DNA from: Synechococcus sp.
Lineage (GTDB): Bacteria; Cyanobacteriota; Cyanobacteriia; Thermostichales; PCC-7336
Assembly: GCA_051439425.1 (NCBI GenBank)
Contig: JBFRWD010000069.1
Coordinates: 1-29,748, forward strand
Reading direction: 5' to 3'
DNA: 29,748 bases
In this document: one piece after another, positions 9,589 to 18,935 of the stretch
Layout: every line of letters begins with the position of its first letter
Numbering within the stretch: the first letter of the stretch is position 1
Position numbers and translations under genes: made by a program
The notes under the pieces: generated by a model
What the model saw: only the letters and a program-made list of their open reading frames with translations
The model's database searches: none
What the model was told of the DNA's origin: nothing

Positions 9589-10203
9589 TCACCGTTTGGC
9601 TAACACAAATAAGCCAGTTCCAAACAGCACAATTGCAGACGCATAGTTCATAGCCAGCCGTACTTTGGGATGAATGAGAAACGTCCGAGCCCGATCGGCT
9701 AAAAAGGCATACCCAACCTTCACTCCACCAACAGCGATCGCCGCAACCCCCAAAATTGTCCCGACATGCCAAGTCGATAGGGACGATACATCCACAAACG
9801 CCGGAAAGAATCCAACGTAAAACACAATGGCTTTGTAATCTCCTAAGGTAATCAGCAGCCCACTGATAAAACTCGATAGTAATGACGAGTCATCGCGACA
9901 TTCAACATCATGTAGATCGGCGCTAGAAGACCACAATTGGATAGCAAGCCAAATTAAATACAGGCCCCCAACATACTGAAGAGCGACAAACAGATACGTC
10001 ATCGACTCGGCGATCGCGGCCAATCCCAAAACTGCCGCAATGATGAATGCAAAATCTCCAGCGACAATTCCTATCGCCATTGCTAAACCGCCAGCGAATC
10101 CTGAAGAGAGAGACCTCGCAACAACGGCAAAAACGCTGGGACTTGGGAGCAGGGCCAAAACAAACATGGCTCCAAACAATGCAAACACATTACCCAGCGT
10201 CAT
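9589..10203 (-). CDS. LysE/RhtB family amino-acid exporter
   Basis: About 6 hydrophobic helices, LLPSPS (PGP-like) N-terminal motif, GGLYLIWLA, ITLGDYKAIVFY (NPK-like). Confidence 0.9.
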   Translation of the reverse strand: MTLGNVFALFGAMFVLALLPSPSVFAVVARSLSSGFAGGLAMAIGIVAGDFAFIIAAVLGLAAIAESMTYLFVALQYVGGLYLIWLAIQLWSSSADLHDVECRDDSSLLSSFISGLLITLGDYKAIVFYVGFFPAFVDVSSLSTWHVGTILGVAAIAVGGVKVGYAFLADRARTFLIHPKVRLAMNYASAIVLFGTGLFVLAKR

Positions 10204-10299
10204 ATAGTGTTTGCCATTTCAGTTCGAACGAAAGTTTCCAAGCACAGTCAGGGTCGAACATAGCTGAAATATCTACAGTGGTATGGCCACTGCCATAAC
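10204..10299. repeat. Copy 1 of a ~95-bp degenerate, internally palindromic direct repeat
   Basis: Manual alignment to 11134-11228 gives ~71/96 identity with one gap. Contains ATTTCAG...CTGAAAT and CAGTGG-N5-CCACTG inverted repeats. Abuts the LysE start codon. Confidence 0.85.
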
Positions 10300-10335
10300 A
10301 TTCCGCCAATTGAATCAGCTGGAGTTCTGCAAGCG

Positions 10336-10719
10336 CTACAGCTCGTATATCTCCAGAGGCAAATCATCCGGATCTTTGAAAAACGTAAACCGTTTCCCCG
10401 TCAGCTCATCGAGTCGAATCGGTTCGGTATCGATCCCCAGCTCGGCTAACTCGTTTGCAGTGACATCAACATTAGTGACCCGGAACGCCAGATGGCGTAA
10501 TCCACAGGCCTCCGGTCGCGAGGGTCGCTGTGGCGGTACCGGAAACGAAAATAGTTCGAGTTGGCTGTCACCAATTCGGATATCCAGCTTGTACGACTGT
10601 CGCTCTGCCCGTAGCGTTTCTTCCAATAGTTCGGCTCCCGGCAGCGACAGATAGAAGCGCTTCGATCGCTCGTAATCCGAGCAAATGATGGCAATGTGAT
10701 GAACCCCAAGAAATGACAA
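10336..10719 (-). CDS. VOC/glyoxalase family protein (YaeR-like)
   Basis: HHIAIICSDYERSKRFY, SYKLD, LELFSF, RPSRPEACGLRHLAF, FFKDPDDLPLEIYE. TTG start immediately after the upstream TAA. Confidence 0.92.
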   Translation of the reverse strand: MSFLGVHHIAIICSDYERSKRFYLSLPGAELLEETLRAERQSYKLDIRIGDSQLELFSFPVPPQRPSRPEACGLRHLAFRVTNVDVTANELAELGIDTEPIRLDELTGKRFTFFKDPDDLPLEIYEL

Positions 10720-11118
10720 TTAGTTATCCTCCAGTCGCTCGACAGTAATCTCCCATCCCGGTAAATCCCACCAACTGCCGCGCTCTTCCGATTCCGCCCA
10801 AAATTCCAAACGCTCCACATCCCCATTCATCAGCGTCAACTGAGGATAGTCGGGATAATCCACATCCTGAGACTCAATAATCGTCTCCCCCAACATCGTC
10901 ATACTGACCGACAGTCCATCCTCTACCTGCAGCACCTCTTCCCCTTCACCAGACACTGCATCATCATCAAACGAGAACATCCCTTCAAACGTGTTGCCGG
11001 CCAAGCTCCCTTCAGTTACCTCAACAGTAAAGCGATAGGAAACTGGGGCTGCTTGAACCGGAGCGATCGGCAGTAGAGCATATGCGGCAAGGGCAAAAAC
11101 CGTAAAATGACGATACAC
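10720..11118 (-). CDS. Small acidic secreted hypothetical protein (resembles the beta-rich domain of cyanobacterial PEP-CTERM-type proteins, but has no sorting tail)
   Basis: GTG start with GAGG upstream; signal peptide ending PVQA-A; YRFTV...GSLAG..F.G.FSFDD...YP.L.....G pattern. Confidence 0.75.
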   Translation of the reverse strand: MYRHFTVFALAAYALLPIAPVQAAPVSYRFTVEVTEGSLAGNTFEGMFSFDDDAVSGEGEEVLQVEDGLSVSMTMLGETIIESQDVDYPDYPQLTLMNGDVERLEFWAESEERGSWWDLPGWEITVERLEDN

Positions 11119-11133
11119 TCGGACACCTCTGAG

Positions 11134-11228
11134 ATAGCGTTTTTCATTTCAGCAAGGACAAAGCTTTCCAACCACAGTTAGGGGTGGTATGGCTGAAATG
11201 TCCGCAGTGGTGTGGCCACTGCGGTAGC
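11134..11228. repeat. Copy 2 of the ~95-bp structured repeat
   Basis: Perfect CATTTCAGC/GCTGAAATG and CCGCAGTGG/CCACTGCGG stems; ends 15 bp upstream of the GTG start at 11118. Confidence 0.85.
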
Positions 11229-11329
11229 TGTTATCTGCTCACCATAATCCGGCCAGCCCCCAACCCTCAACCGAGGCAATCTCCTCGCACTTGGCATGTG
11301 CCCTCTGAATGCTAGAGCGGCAGCGTTAA

Positions 11330-11785
11330 TTACCGAAATAACCCGAACAACCCTTTGGGACGGCGCGGGGGAATGCGAAGTGGAGGAAGGTGTTGGCGAA
11401 GCTTGATGGCGTCAAAATCTGCTTGTAATGCATAGTCGCAAAGGGTTTCCACTTGCTCCTGCGACCAGTTGTGGTTGTCGATTAGCGATCGCACAGCCGC
11501 AATCAAATATGTTTCTGCCGCAAAGGCATCCTCTTGCAGTAGCTTCCCTGCCGCCGTAGCTTTGACAGAGGTTGGTTTCGATGTCGCCGGTACAGGTGTC
11601 CGCCGGATTTCGTAGCCATAACGAAACGTCTGTGCCCCACGCTCCCACTGGTTGATAAAGTCATCCACGTCTGCATCATTTCTGCATTCCGCCAATAGGG
11701 TTCCATTCACCTTGACGGCAAACCGTTCGTCAGGAAGGATTTCAACGGTCAGAGTAGCTTTGCGATCGAGCGATTTTTCTTTCAT
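11330..11785 (-). CDS. Hypothetical protein
   Basis: Clean ~150-aa ORF filling the gap, with protein-like composition and a HIP1 site. ATG at 11785 preferred over TTG at 11806. No family recognised. Confidence 0.65.
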   Translation of the reverse strand: MKEKSLDRKATLTVEILPDERFAVKVNGTLLAECRNDADVDDFINQWERGAQTFRYGYEIRRTPVPATSKPTSVKATAAGKLLQEDAFAAETYLIAAVRSLIDNHNWSQEQVETLCDYALQADFDAIKLRQHLPPLRIPPRRPKGLFGLFR

Positions 11786-11799
11786 GGCGACGCGAAGGG

Positions 11800-11832
11800 A
11801 TGTCAAACAAGATACTTAAATGTCAAACAAGA
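11800..11832. repeat. 13-bp direct repeat ATGTCAAACAAGA x2 with a 20-bp period
   Basis: Exact copies at 11800-11812 and 11820-11832 in a divergent promoter region. Confidence 0.75.
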
Positions 11833-12132
11833 ATGGGATAGCGTTTACGTCTGTCTATAAGACGGGGGAGAAATAGTGAAGCACCAGGTTTCGAGCCCAG
11901 CACATCCAGAATCACCCCTAGTCGATCCGAGCCAACTCAGAAACATTGCAACTACGACCCAGCGGTGACGGCCCAAACACGCATGAATCGAAAGAAACCA
12001 AGCTGGATAAGCCTGTCTTCGCCTTATTTCAGTCCTCGGTGCCAGAAAAACGTGTAAAAATTTAGAAAAACTATTATTGGCTCCCCAAGGGGATCGGTTA
12101 AGGTGAATTCGAATTCTCAAGAGAGTGAAGGC

Positions 12133-12741
12133 ATGGGAGATCGCGGTCCCTACCAAGTATTGGGGGTAGCTGAAGACGCTTCCTTCGAAGAAATCCAAAC
12201 CGCCCGCGATCGGCAACTGGCCGTGTTGAACCGCGAGGCCGAGCAGCAGGAAGTAGAACAAGCTTACGATGCTATCCTAATGCAGCGTTTGCGCCTGCGA
12301 AAAGAAGGAAGAATTCCAGTCCCCGACCGTATTCGATATCCCGATCGCGAGCAAGTCACCTCACAGCCAAAAGCCAAACCGCTGCGAAAAGAGGCCGTTC
12401 GAGAAAGCTGGGCCTCCGGCTGGGTTGATACCCCGTCCTCGCAAGATATCTGGCTGCCCTTCGCTATTATGGCTGGCCTAGCTAGTTTAACGTCGTTTTA
12501 TCAGGGCGATCGCTTTCCCAGCTGGTCGCTGGCTTTCGGGCTCCTTACCTCTCTCTACTTCCTTTACCGCAAGGAGAAGCGCTTCTGGCGGTCTCTGTTA
12601 ATTGCAGTTGGCGGCTTGTCGCTGGGAATGTTTTTTGCCTTTGCTGTTGTCAGCGGACTCACCTTGTCCAGCACATCCGTTCCTTTAACCGTGGCGCTGA
12701 GTCTGCTCGTGATGTGGTTGTTCACCGCCTTCTTACGGTAA
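12133..12741 (+). CDS. CPP1-like (DUF3353, J-like domain) membrane protein
   Basis: PYQVLGVAEDASFEEIQ...EQAYDAILMQRLRLRKEGRIPVPDRIRYP, followed by C-terminal TM helices ending FLR. ATG at 12133. Confidence 0.88.
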   Translation: MGDRGPYQVLGVAEDASFEEIQTARDRQLAVLNREAEQQEVEQAYDAILMQRLRLRKEGRIPVPDRIRYPDREQVTSQPKAKPLRKEAVRESWASGWVDTPSSQDIWLPFAIMAGLASLTSFYQGDRFPSWSLAFGLLTSLYFLYRKEKRFWRSLLIAVGGLSLGMFFAFAVVSGLTLSSTSVPLTVALSLLVMWLFTAFLR

Positions 12742-12818
12742 CTCTTTGGGTTAATGATTAGAGCATCTGCCCTCTAGATGCCTCGCCATAATCAAGTAAA
12801 CACCACCACATAATCAAG

Positions 12819-12841
12819 AAAAAAGGGAGCGGCTGCTCCCT
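12819..12841 (-). terminator. Intrinsic terminator after amt
   Basis: AGGGAGC-ggct-GCTCCCT hairpin with an adjacent A-run on the + strand (U-tract on the - strand), ~40 nt downstream of the amt stop. Confidence 0.75.
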
Positions 12842-12881
12842 GACTCAATATCAGCTTGTTACGTTGTATTCCTAAGAGCGG

Positions 12882-14291
12882 CTACTCCATAGCGTCAGAA
12901 CCGCTGGGAACGCCAACGAAGTCAGGGTAAGCGACGTTGCCGTGCTCGCCCATGTCCAAGCCAGCCATTTCCTCTTCAGCGGTAACGCGAAGACCAATCG
13001 TGACTTTGAGAAGGAAGAAAACAAGCAACATCGTGATGAAAGGCCAAGCAAAATAGGCCAAAGCTCCGACAGCCTGAACGCCAAGTTGACCCCAGGTAAA
13101 GTCGTAATTGCCATTGGCGAGGAAGGGAAGACCAGAGGCCAATACACCCCAAATTCCGCAAGTACCGTGAACGGAGACTGCACCAACAGGGTCGTCTACT
13201 TTCAGAACAGTCTCGATAAACAGTACGGAAAGAACAACCAGAATTCCTGCAACAGAACCAATAATCAAAGCGCCCACAGGGCCAACGCTGTCGCAAGGAG
13301 CAGTAATACCTACCAGGCCAGCCAGAGTACCGTTACCGGCAAAGGTCATATCGGGCTTCTTGAAGATCATCCAAGAAGCACACATCGCACCAATAGAACC
13401 TGCGGCAGCGGCTAGGAAGGTATTCATAGCAATCCAACCCATATCGGGGATTGCAGAGGTCGTAGAACCAGCGTTAAAACCTATCCAGCCCACAGCCAGG
13501 ATGAAGACGCCTAGCATACCCAACGGCAAGTTGTGACCTGGAATTGCGCGAGGCTCCCCCGTAGAACTGTACTTACCAACACGAGGACCAATGACAACTG
13601 CACCCGCTAGAGCAGCAGCGCCACCTACCAGGTGAACAACACCCGAGCCTGCGTAATCGATGTAGCCCATGGCTTCTAACCAGCCACCAGTGCCGCCGTT
13701 GTAGTCACCGAACAAGCCATTCCAGCCCCAACCACCAGAGATGGGGTAGATGATGCCAGACAGAATCAGCGAGTACACCAAGTAAGAACCGAACTTTGTT
13801 CGCTCGGCCAGGGCACCAGAAACGATGGTTGCAGCGGTTGCAGCAAACACCATCTGGAATACGAAGAAGGTGAACGGCCAAGCATCTACATCAAATGCTG
13901 CTTGCCAGGTGAAGAAGAACCAGCTACCACCAACTATGCCATTGCTGGCACCAAACATCAGACCAAAGCCAATGAACCAGAAGGCGCAAGCCCCCATGGA
14001 AAAGTCCATCAGGTTTTTCATCATGATGTTGGCGGCGTTCTTGGAGCGGGTGAAGCCCGCTTCCACCATTGCAAAGCCAGCCTGCATGAAGAACACCAAC
14101 GTAGCGGCCACAATCGTCCACAGAATGTTGGCGTTGGTCTCAGCTGCAGCAAGTCCTGCTTGCAAAGATTCCAGAGTGACCTCTTCATCTTGTGCAAATG
14201 CCGGAGCCTGGGTGTGAGCGAGCAAGAGAACAGCCACAACAGCAGCTAAGCTCCCCACTCTCAGAAACCTTTGGCGAAATGCTTGAGACAT
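12882..14291 (-). CDS. amt: Ammonium transporter (Amt family)
   Basis: FFMQAGFAMVEAG, FAATAATIVSGALAER, DYAGSGVVH, WIGFNAGS, DDPVGAVSVHG (twin His). GGGAGG RBS before ATG 14291; N-terminal signal peptide. Confidence 0.96.
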   Translation of the reverse strand: MSQAFRQRFLRVGSLAAVVAVLLLAHTQAPAFAQDEEVTLESLQAGLAAAETNANILWTIVAATLVFFMQAGFAMVEAGFTRSKNAANIMMKNLMDFSMGACAFWFIGFGLMFGASNGIVGGSWFFFTWQAAFDVDAWPFTFFVFQMVFAATAATIVSGALAERTKFGSYLVYSLILSGIIYPISGGWGWNGLFGDYNGGTGGWLEAMGYIDYAGSGVVHLVGGAAALAGAVVIGPRVGKYSSTGEPRAIPGHNLPLGMLGVFILAVGWIGFNAGSTTSAIPDMGWIAMNTFLAAAAGSIGAMCASWMIFKKPDMTFAGNGTLAGLVGITAPCDSVGPVGALIIGSVAGILVVLSVLFIETVLKVDDPVGAVSVHGTCGIWGVLASGLPFLANGNYDFTWGQLGVQAVGALAYFAWPFITMLLVFFLLKVTIGLRVTAEEEMAGLDMGEHGNVAYPDFVGVPSGSDAME

Positions 14292-14459
14292 CAAGCCTCC
14301 CGACCCTTTACATAAACTCATGCTTAATTCAACCTTCCATAGAATCCAATGTCACAGGTAAAAGCAGCTACTTGCTTATCACTTAGGGCCTAGCCAAACG
14401 ATCGCGCCAATAGGTGCAACCACCCTGTGCCTGACCCCAAATCGGCAACAAGCTAACCA

Positions 14460-14816
<357 letters not shown>

Positions 14817-14869
14817 CTATTGACTACTGAAGTGCTGGCTTTTTGTATCACCGAGCAGACTCGCGAATA

Positions 14870-14883
14870 GTATCGTAGGATAC
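14870..14883. promoter_or_regulatory. NtcA binding site upstream of glnB-amt
   Basis: Perfect GTA-N8-TAC (GTATCGTAGGATAC, extended palindrome GTATC/GATAC), 72 bp upstream of the glnB start. Confidence 0.75.
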
Positions 14884-15584
14884 CGCTCATCTTATACACC
14901 CTTGCAAGCTGCTTGGCAAAATCTGACTCAGCACAATTGGCTAGGATTCTGTGACGGATGAGAGCGCCCGAGTATTAGCCTTATGTCGAGACTAAGGGTA
15001 TCGCAAATTGATTGAAGAAGCAGGTTTAGTTTTTGGGAAGCCAATTTCATCAATTTTGCTTCGTTTGCATCTATATACGTTTGGGTAAGGGGCTGCATGT
15101 CCGCGAGCACACGACGACAAAATCGCACTATGCTGATGTCGCTGTTTTTCTTGTCTTCCTGCCAGTTCGTTGATGTTGCAATCTTGCCGCTACTGCTAGT
15201 TAGTTTCTTCTAGCCTTCAACACTACTTTTGTGATGTTCTGCCACAACCAAACCCATAATCAAAACAGCTTGAGTGCCAGCGCAACCAAACTCAGCCTTT
15301 CATCATCGATGTCGCTCTTAATGAGCTTGGCAGAATGCAGTTAGGTAGACTGAACTCTTGCGAGTCACAATGCCAAAATCTACCGCACAACAACAACTGC
15401 ACAACAAGCCTGTCGATCTCAATGGAGACAGCGCTCACCGACCGCACCTTATGCCAAAATGAACGGGCAACAGGCATCCTGCTGTACTCATCTTGGCAGC
15501 AGATGTTCTGCATTCGGCAGAACATCGCCAATGTTGCAGTTCACTGCTTTAAGCCCTCTCAGAGCCTTTGTTGGAGAACCTTTC

Positions 15585-18209
15585 ATGTCTAATCTGCTTG
15601 ACGCTTACAGAGCGCATACCGCCGATCGCGCCAAGTCAGATATCCCACCACTGCCGTTAGAAGCGGCTCAGGTTTCCGAACTGTGTGAACTACTAAAGGC
15701 TCCCTCTGCAGGTGAGGAAGAGTACCTTCTGAGCTTGTTGAGAGATCGCATCCCACCCGGTGTTGACCAAGCTGCGTATGTCAAGGCCTCGTTCTTGACG
15801 GCGATCGCCAACGGCGACAGCTCCAGCCCTCTCGTTTCCAAACAGGATGCTGTAGAGCTTTTGGGAACCATGATGGGTGGATATAACGTTCAATCCCTGA
15901 TCGATCTGCTCTCTTGCGATGATGGCAAGCAAGCAACAACAGCTGCAGCCGCACTAAGCAAAACCCTGCTGGTATACGACGCCTACCATGATGTTTTAGA
16001 GCTGGCAGAGGCCGGTAATTCTTACGCCAAATCTGTGGTCGATGCCTGGGCGAATGCCGAATGGTTCACCAGCCGTCCTCAAGTGAGCGAATCCATCACC
16101 ATTACTGTGTTCAAGGTTCCCGGCGAAACCAACACTGACGACTTATCCCCCGCCCCTCACGCCACCACCCGCCCCGACATTCCCTTGCATGCCACCGTCA
16201 TGCTGGAATCCTCCATGCCGGATGCACTGGAGGTTATTGCCAAGTTGAAGCAAAAAGGGCATCCAGTCGCTTACGTTGGCGATGTGGTCGGCACCGGTTC
16301 CTCTAGGAAGTCGGCCATTAACTCGGTGTTGTGGCACTTGGGGGACGATATACCTTGCGTACCCAATAAACGTGCCGGTGGCTATATTTTGGGAGGCAAA
16401 ATTGCACCCATTTTCTTCAATACGGCAGAAGATTCAGGCGCATTACCGATCGAGTGCGACGTTACCCAAATGAATACCGGTGACGTCATTACGATTTATC
16501 CCTATGAAGGCAAGGTCGTCAACGAAGAGGGTGAGACCATCTCCACATTCCAGCTCAAGCCCGACACGATTTTGGATGAAGTACGTGCTGGCGGACGTAT
16601 CCCGCTGCTAATTGGCCGCACCCTGACCGACAAGGTGCGCACCGCTCTCAACTTGTCCCCGAGCGATGCCTTCACCCGTCCCAGTGTCCCCGCAGATTCA
16701 GGAAAAGGCTTTACCTTGGCACAGAAAATGGTGGGCAAAGCCTGCGGACTTCCCGGAGTCCGTCCCGGCACCTCTTGCGAACCGCTCATGACTACGGTGG
16801 GGTCTCAAGATACCACCGGCCCCATGACTCGGGATGAACTGAAAGAATTAGCCTGTCTGGGATTCAGCGCAGACTTGGTGATGCAAAGTTTCTGCCATAC
16901 AGCCGCGTATCCCAAACCCGTCGATATCAAAACCCATCAAGACTTGCCCGATTTCTTCTCCTCTCGTGCAGGGGTGGCCCTGCGTCCAGGAGATGGCATC
17001 ATCCACTCATGGCTGAATCGGATGTTGATGCCCGATACTGTGGGAACGGGAGGAGACTCCCATACTCGATTCCCACTCGGCATTTCGTTCCCAGCAGGTT
17101 CTGGCCTAGTGGCGTTTGCGGCAGCGATTGGGGCCATGCCGTTGGATATGCCCGAATCAGTGTTGGTGAAGTTCACCGGAGAATTGCAGCCTGGGGTGAC
17201 ATTGCGGGATGTGGTGAACGCGATCCCGTATATGGCGATTCAAAAGGGTTTACTGACGGTTGAGAAACAGAACAAGAAGAACGTCTTCTCTGGCCGGATT
17301 ATGGAAATTGAGGGCTTGCCCGATCTCAAAGTGGAGCAAGCATTCGAGCTGACTGATGCGACGGCGGAGCGATCGTGTGCTGGATGCACGGTGAAGCTGA
17401 GTGTGGAGACTGTTTCTGAGTATCTGCGATCGAACGTGGCTCTGCTGAGAAATATGGTGGCGCGCGGCTATCAAGACTCTCGAACGATTATGCGTCGGGT
17501 GGCTCAGATGGAAGCGTGGCTGGCAAACCCAACACTGATGGAAGCGGATGCCGATGCAGAATATGCGGAAGTCATCGAGATTAACCTGAACGAGATTACA
17601 GAGCCAATTGTGGCCGCTCCGAATGACCCCGATAACGTCAAGCTGCTATCTGATGTGGCAAATGACCCCATTCACGAAGTGTTCATTGGCTCCTGCATGA
17701 CCAACATTGGCCACTACCGAGCAGCGGCCAAGGTATTGGAGGGGGTAGGTCCAAATTCCGATGTGCGGCTGTGGATTTGTCCCCCCACCCGTATGGATGA
17801 GAAGCAACTGCGCGAAGAAGGAGTTTACGGTGTCTTTGCTGCCGCTGGCGCGAGAACGGAAATGCCCGGTTGTTCTCTCTGCATGGGCAACCAAGCCCGA
17901 GTGGCGGACAGCACAACCGTGATGTCCACGTCTACCCGGAATTTCAATAACCGCATGGGCAAAGGAGCGCAGGTGTATTTGGGATCTGCTGAATTATCAG
18001 CCGCTTGCGCCTTATTGGGTCGCATTCCAACCCCACAGGAGTATATGGAGATTGTGGCCAGCAAAATCCAGCCGTTTGCAGGGGATCTATACCGCTATCT
18101 CAACTTCGACCAAATTGCTGGTTTTGCCGACGAGGGTCGCGTCATTCCACTGGAGGAAATGCCCGATTTGGATGAAATGTACGGTATTCGTTCTGAGGCA
18201 GCTGTTTAG
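15585..18209 (+). CDS. acnB: Aconitate hydratase B (bifunctional aconitase 2 / 2-methylisocitrate dehydratase)
   Basis: HEAT-like N-terminal domain, GETNTDDLSP, GSSRKSA, GSQDTTG, DSHTRFP, FIGSCMTN, PGCSLCMGNQ. GGAGA RBS before ATG 15585. Confidence 0.97.
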   Translation: MSNLLDAYRAHTADRAKSDIPPLPLEAAQVSELCELLKAPSAGEEEYLLSLLRDRIPPGVDQAAYVKASFLTAIANGDSSSPLVSKQDAVELLGTMMGGYNVQSLIDLLSCDDGKQATTAAAALSKTLLVYDAYHDVLELAEAGNSYAKSVVDAWANAEWFTSRPQVSESITITVFKVPGETNTDDLSPAPHATTRPDIPLHATVMLESSMPDALEVIAKLKQKGHPVAYVGDVVGTGSSRKSAINSVLWHLGDDIPCVPNKRAGGYILGGKIAPIFFNTAEDSGALPIECDVTQMNTGDVITIYPYEGKVVNEEGETISTFQLKPDTILDEVRAGGRIPLLIGRTLTDKVRTALNLSPSDAFTRPSVPADSGKGFTLAQKMVGKACGLPGVRPGTSCEPLMTTVGSQDTTGPMTRDELKELACLGFSADLVMQSFCHTAAYPKPVDIKTHQDLPDFFSSRAGVALRPGDGIIHSWLNRMLMPDTVGTGGDSHTRFPLGISFPAGSGLVAFAAAIGAMPLDMPESVLVKFTGELQPGVTLRDVVNAIPYMAIQKGLLTVEKQNKKNVFSGRIMEIEGLPDLKVEQAFELTDATAERSCAGCTVKLSVETVSEYLRSNVALLRNMVARGYQDSRTIMRRVAQMEAWLANPTLMEADADAEYAEVIEINLNEITEPIVAAPNDPDNVKLLSDVANDPIHEVFIGSCMTNIGHYRAAAKVLEGVGPNSDVRLWICPPTRMDEKQLREEGVYGVFAAAGARTEMPGCSLCMGNQARVADSTTVMSTSTRNFNNRMGKGAQVYLGSAELSAACALLGRIPTPQEYMEIVASKIQPFAGDLYRYLNFDQIAGFADEGRVIPLEEMPDLDEMYGIRSEAAV

Positions 18210-18308
18210 CGCAATCCCTCTAAAGCCTAAATTGTCAGGAATTCTTGGGCGATCGCCTGCATTCATTTTCCACATGTACGGCGATCGCTGTTTCGCGACA
18301 GCACTTGC

Positions 18309-18935
18309 TCACCGTGCAACATTCCAAGCCGCTTGAAAGAAGTCCAGCTCGCACTGCATGGCATATCGATAGACATCTTTAACCAGAGGTGTATCGCTGA
18401 CATATTCAGTTGCCAAAGTCTCGATTGTGTCGACGAGATCGCGAAACTCACCGCTGCTGTAAGTATCAATCCAATCGCTGTAAGCGTGCCTTTTACTTTG
18501 GCACTTCGCTAGCTCTAATCCCAGATAGTTGTAGAGCTTCATGCAGGGAAGCATCGCGGCAGTCGTTACACCCACAGGTTGCGACCAAGCTGTTGCCAGC
18601 AAAAAATCGGTGTACTGGCGAGTCGCTGTCCCTGGCGTCACTGCTGCAATATCAACGCTCCATTCCCGAGCAAAACTGCCATGCAGTTGCAATTCGTCTA
18701 ATATTCCACCAGCCAACGCATAAAACTGTTGTGCCCCCTGCCAATCGGGCGCTTTCGCTGAGGCAATGCTGTATGCCCGCATGAAACTTTCGAGGAAAAA
18801 AGCATCTTGCCCGACGTAGTATGCAAACCGATCGCGGGCCAAACTTCCGTCACCAATACCCTTAACAAACGGATGAGTCAGGCAGGCGATCGCCAACTCC
18901 TGATTGGCTTGCCATAAACTCTGCGCTACCGTCAT
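18309..18935 (-). CDS. tenA: TenA family thiaminase II / aminopyrimidine aminohydrolase
   Basis: HPFVKGIGDGSL, YVGQDAFFL, YTDFLL, catalytic-type LPC, YSDWIDTYS, ELDFF. Confidence 0.9.
   Translation of the reverse strand: MTVAQSLWQANQELAIACLTHPFVKGIGDGSLARDRFAYYVGQDAFFLESFMRAYSIASAKAPDWQGAQQFYALAGGILDELQLHGSFAREWSVDIAAVTPGTATRQYTDFLLATAWSQPVGVTTAAMLPCMKLYNYLGLELAKCQSKRHAYSDWIDTYSSGEFRDLVDTIETLATEYVSDTPLVKDVYRYAMQCELDFFQAAWNVAR

Noticed and set aside
10240..10300. The repeat as a conserved small peptide (YGSGHTTVDISA versus YRSGHTTADISA on the minus strand)
   Set aside because: Several changes are synonymous, but copy 2 has an upstream stop, no start codon and an indel. A decayed coding origin is not fully excluded.
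10204..11228. The 95-bp repeats as a CRISPR array, canonical integron attC sites or a NiCo riboswitch
   Set aside because: Only two long degenerate copies with genes between them and no cas genes; RYYYAAC/GTTRRRY boxes with attC spacing are not conserved in both copies; the NiCo consensus is not matched.
11845..12261. 138-aa minus-strand ORF
   Set aside because: Largely antisense to the CPP1-like gene, with an implausible sequence.
12787..12818. CATAATCAAG direct repeat x2 near the amt terminator
   Set aside because: A 10-bp pair between convergent genes; no evidence of function.
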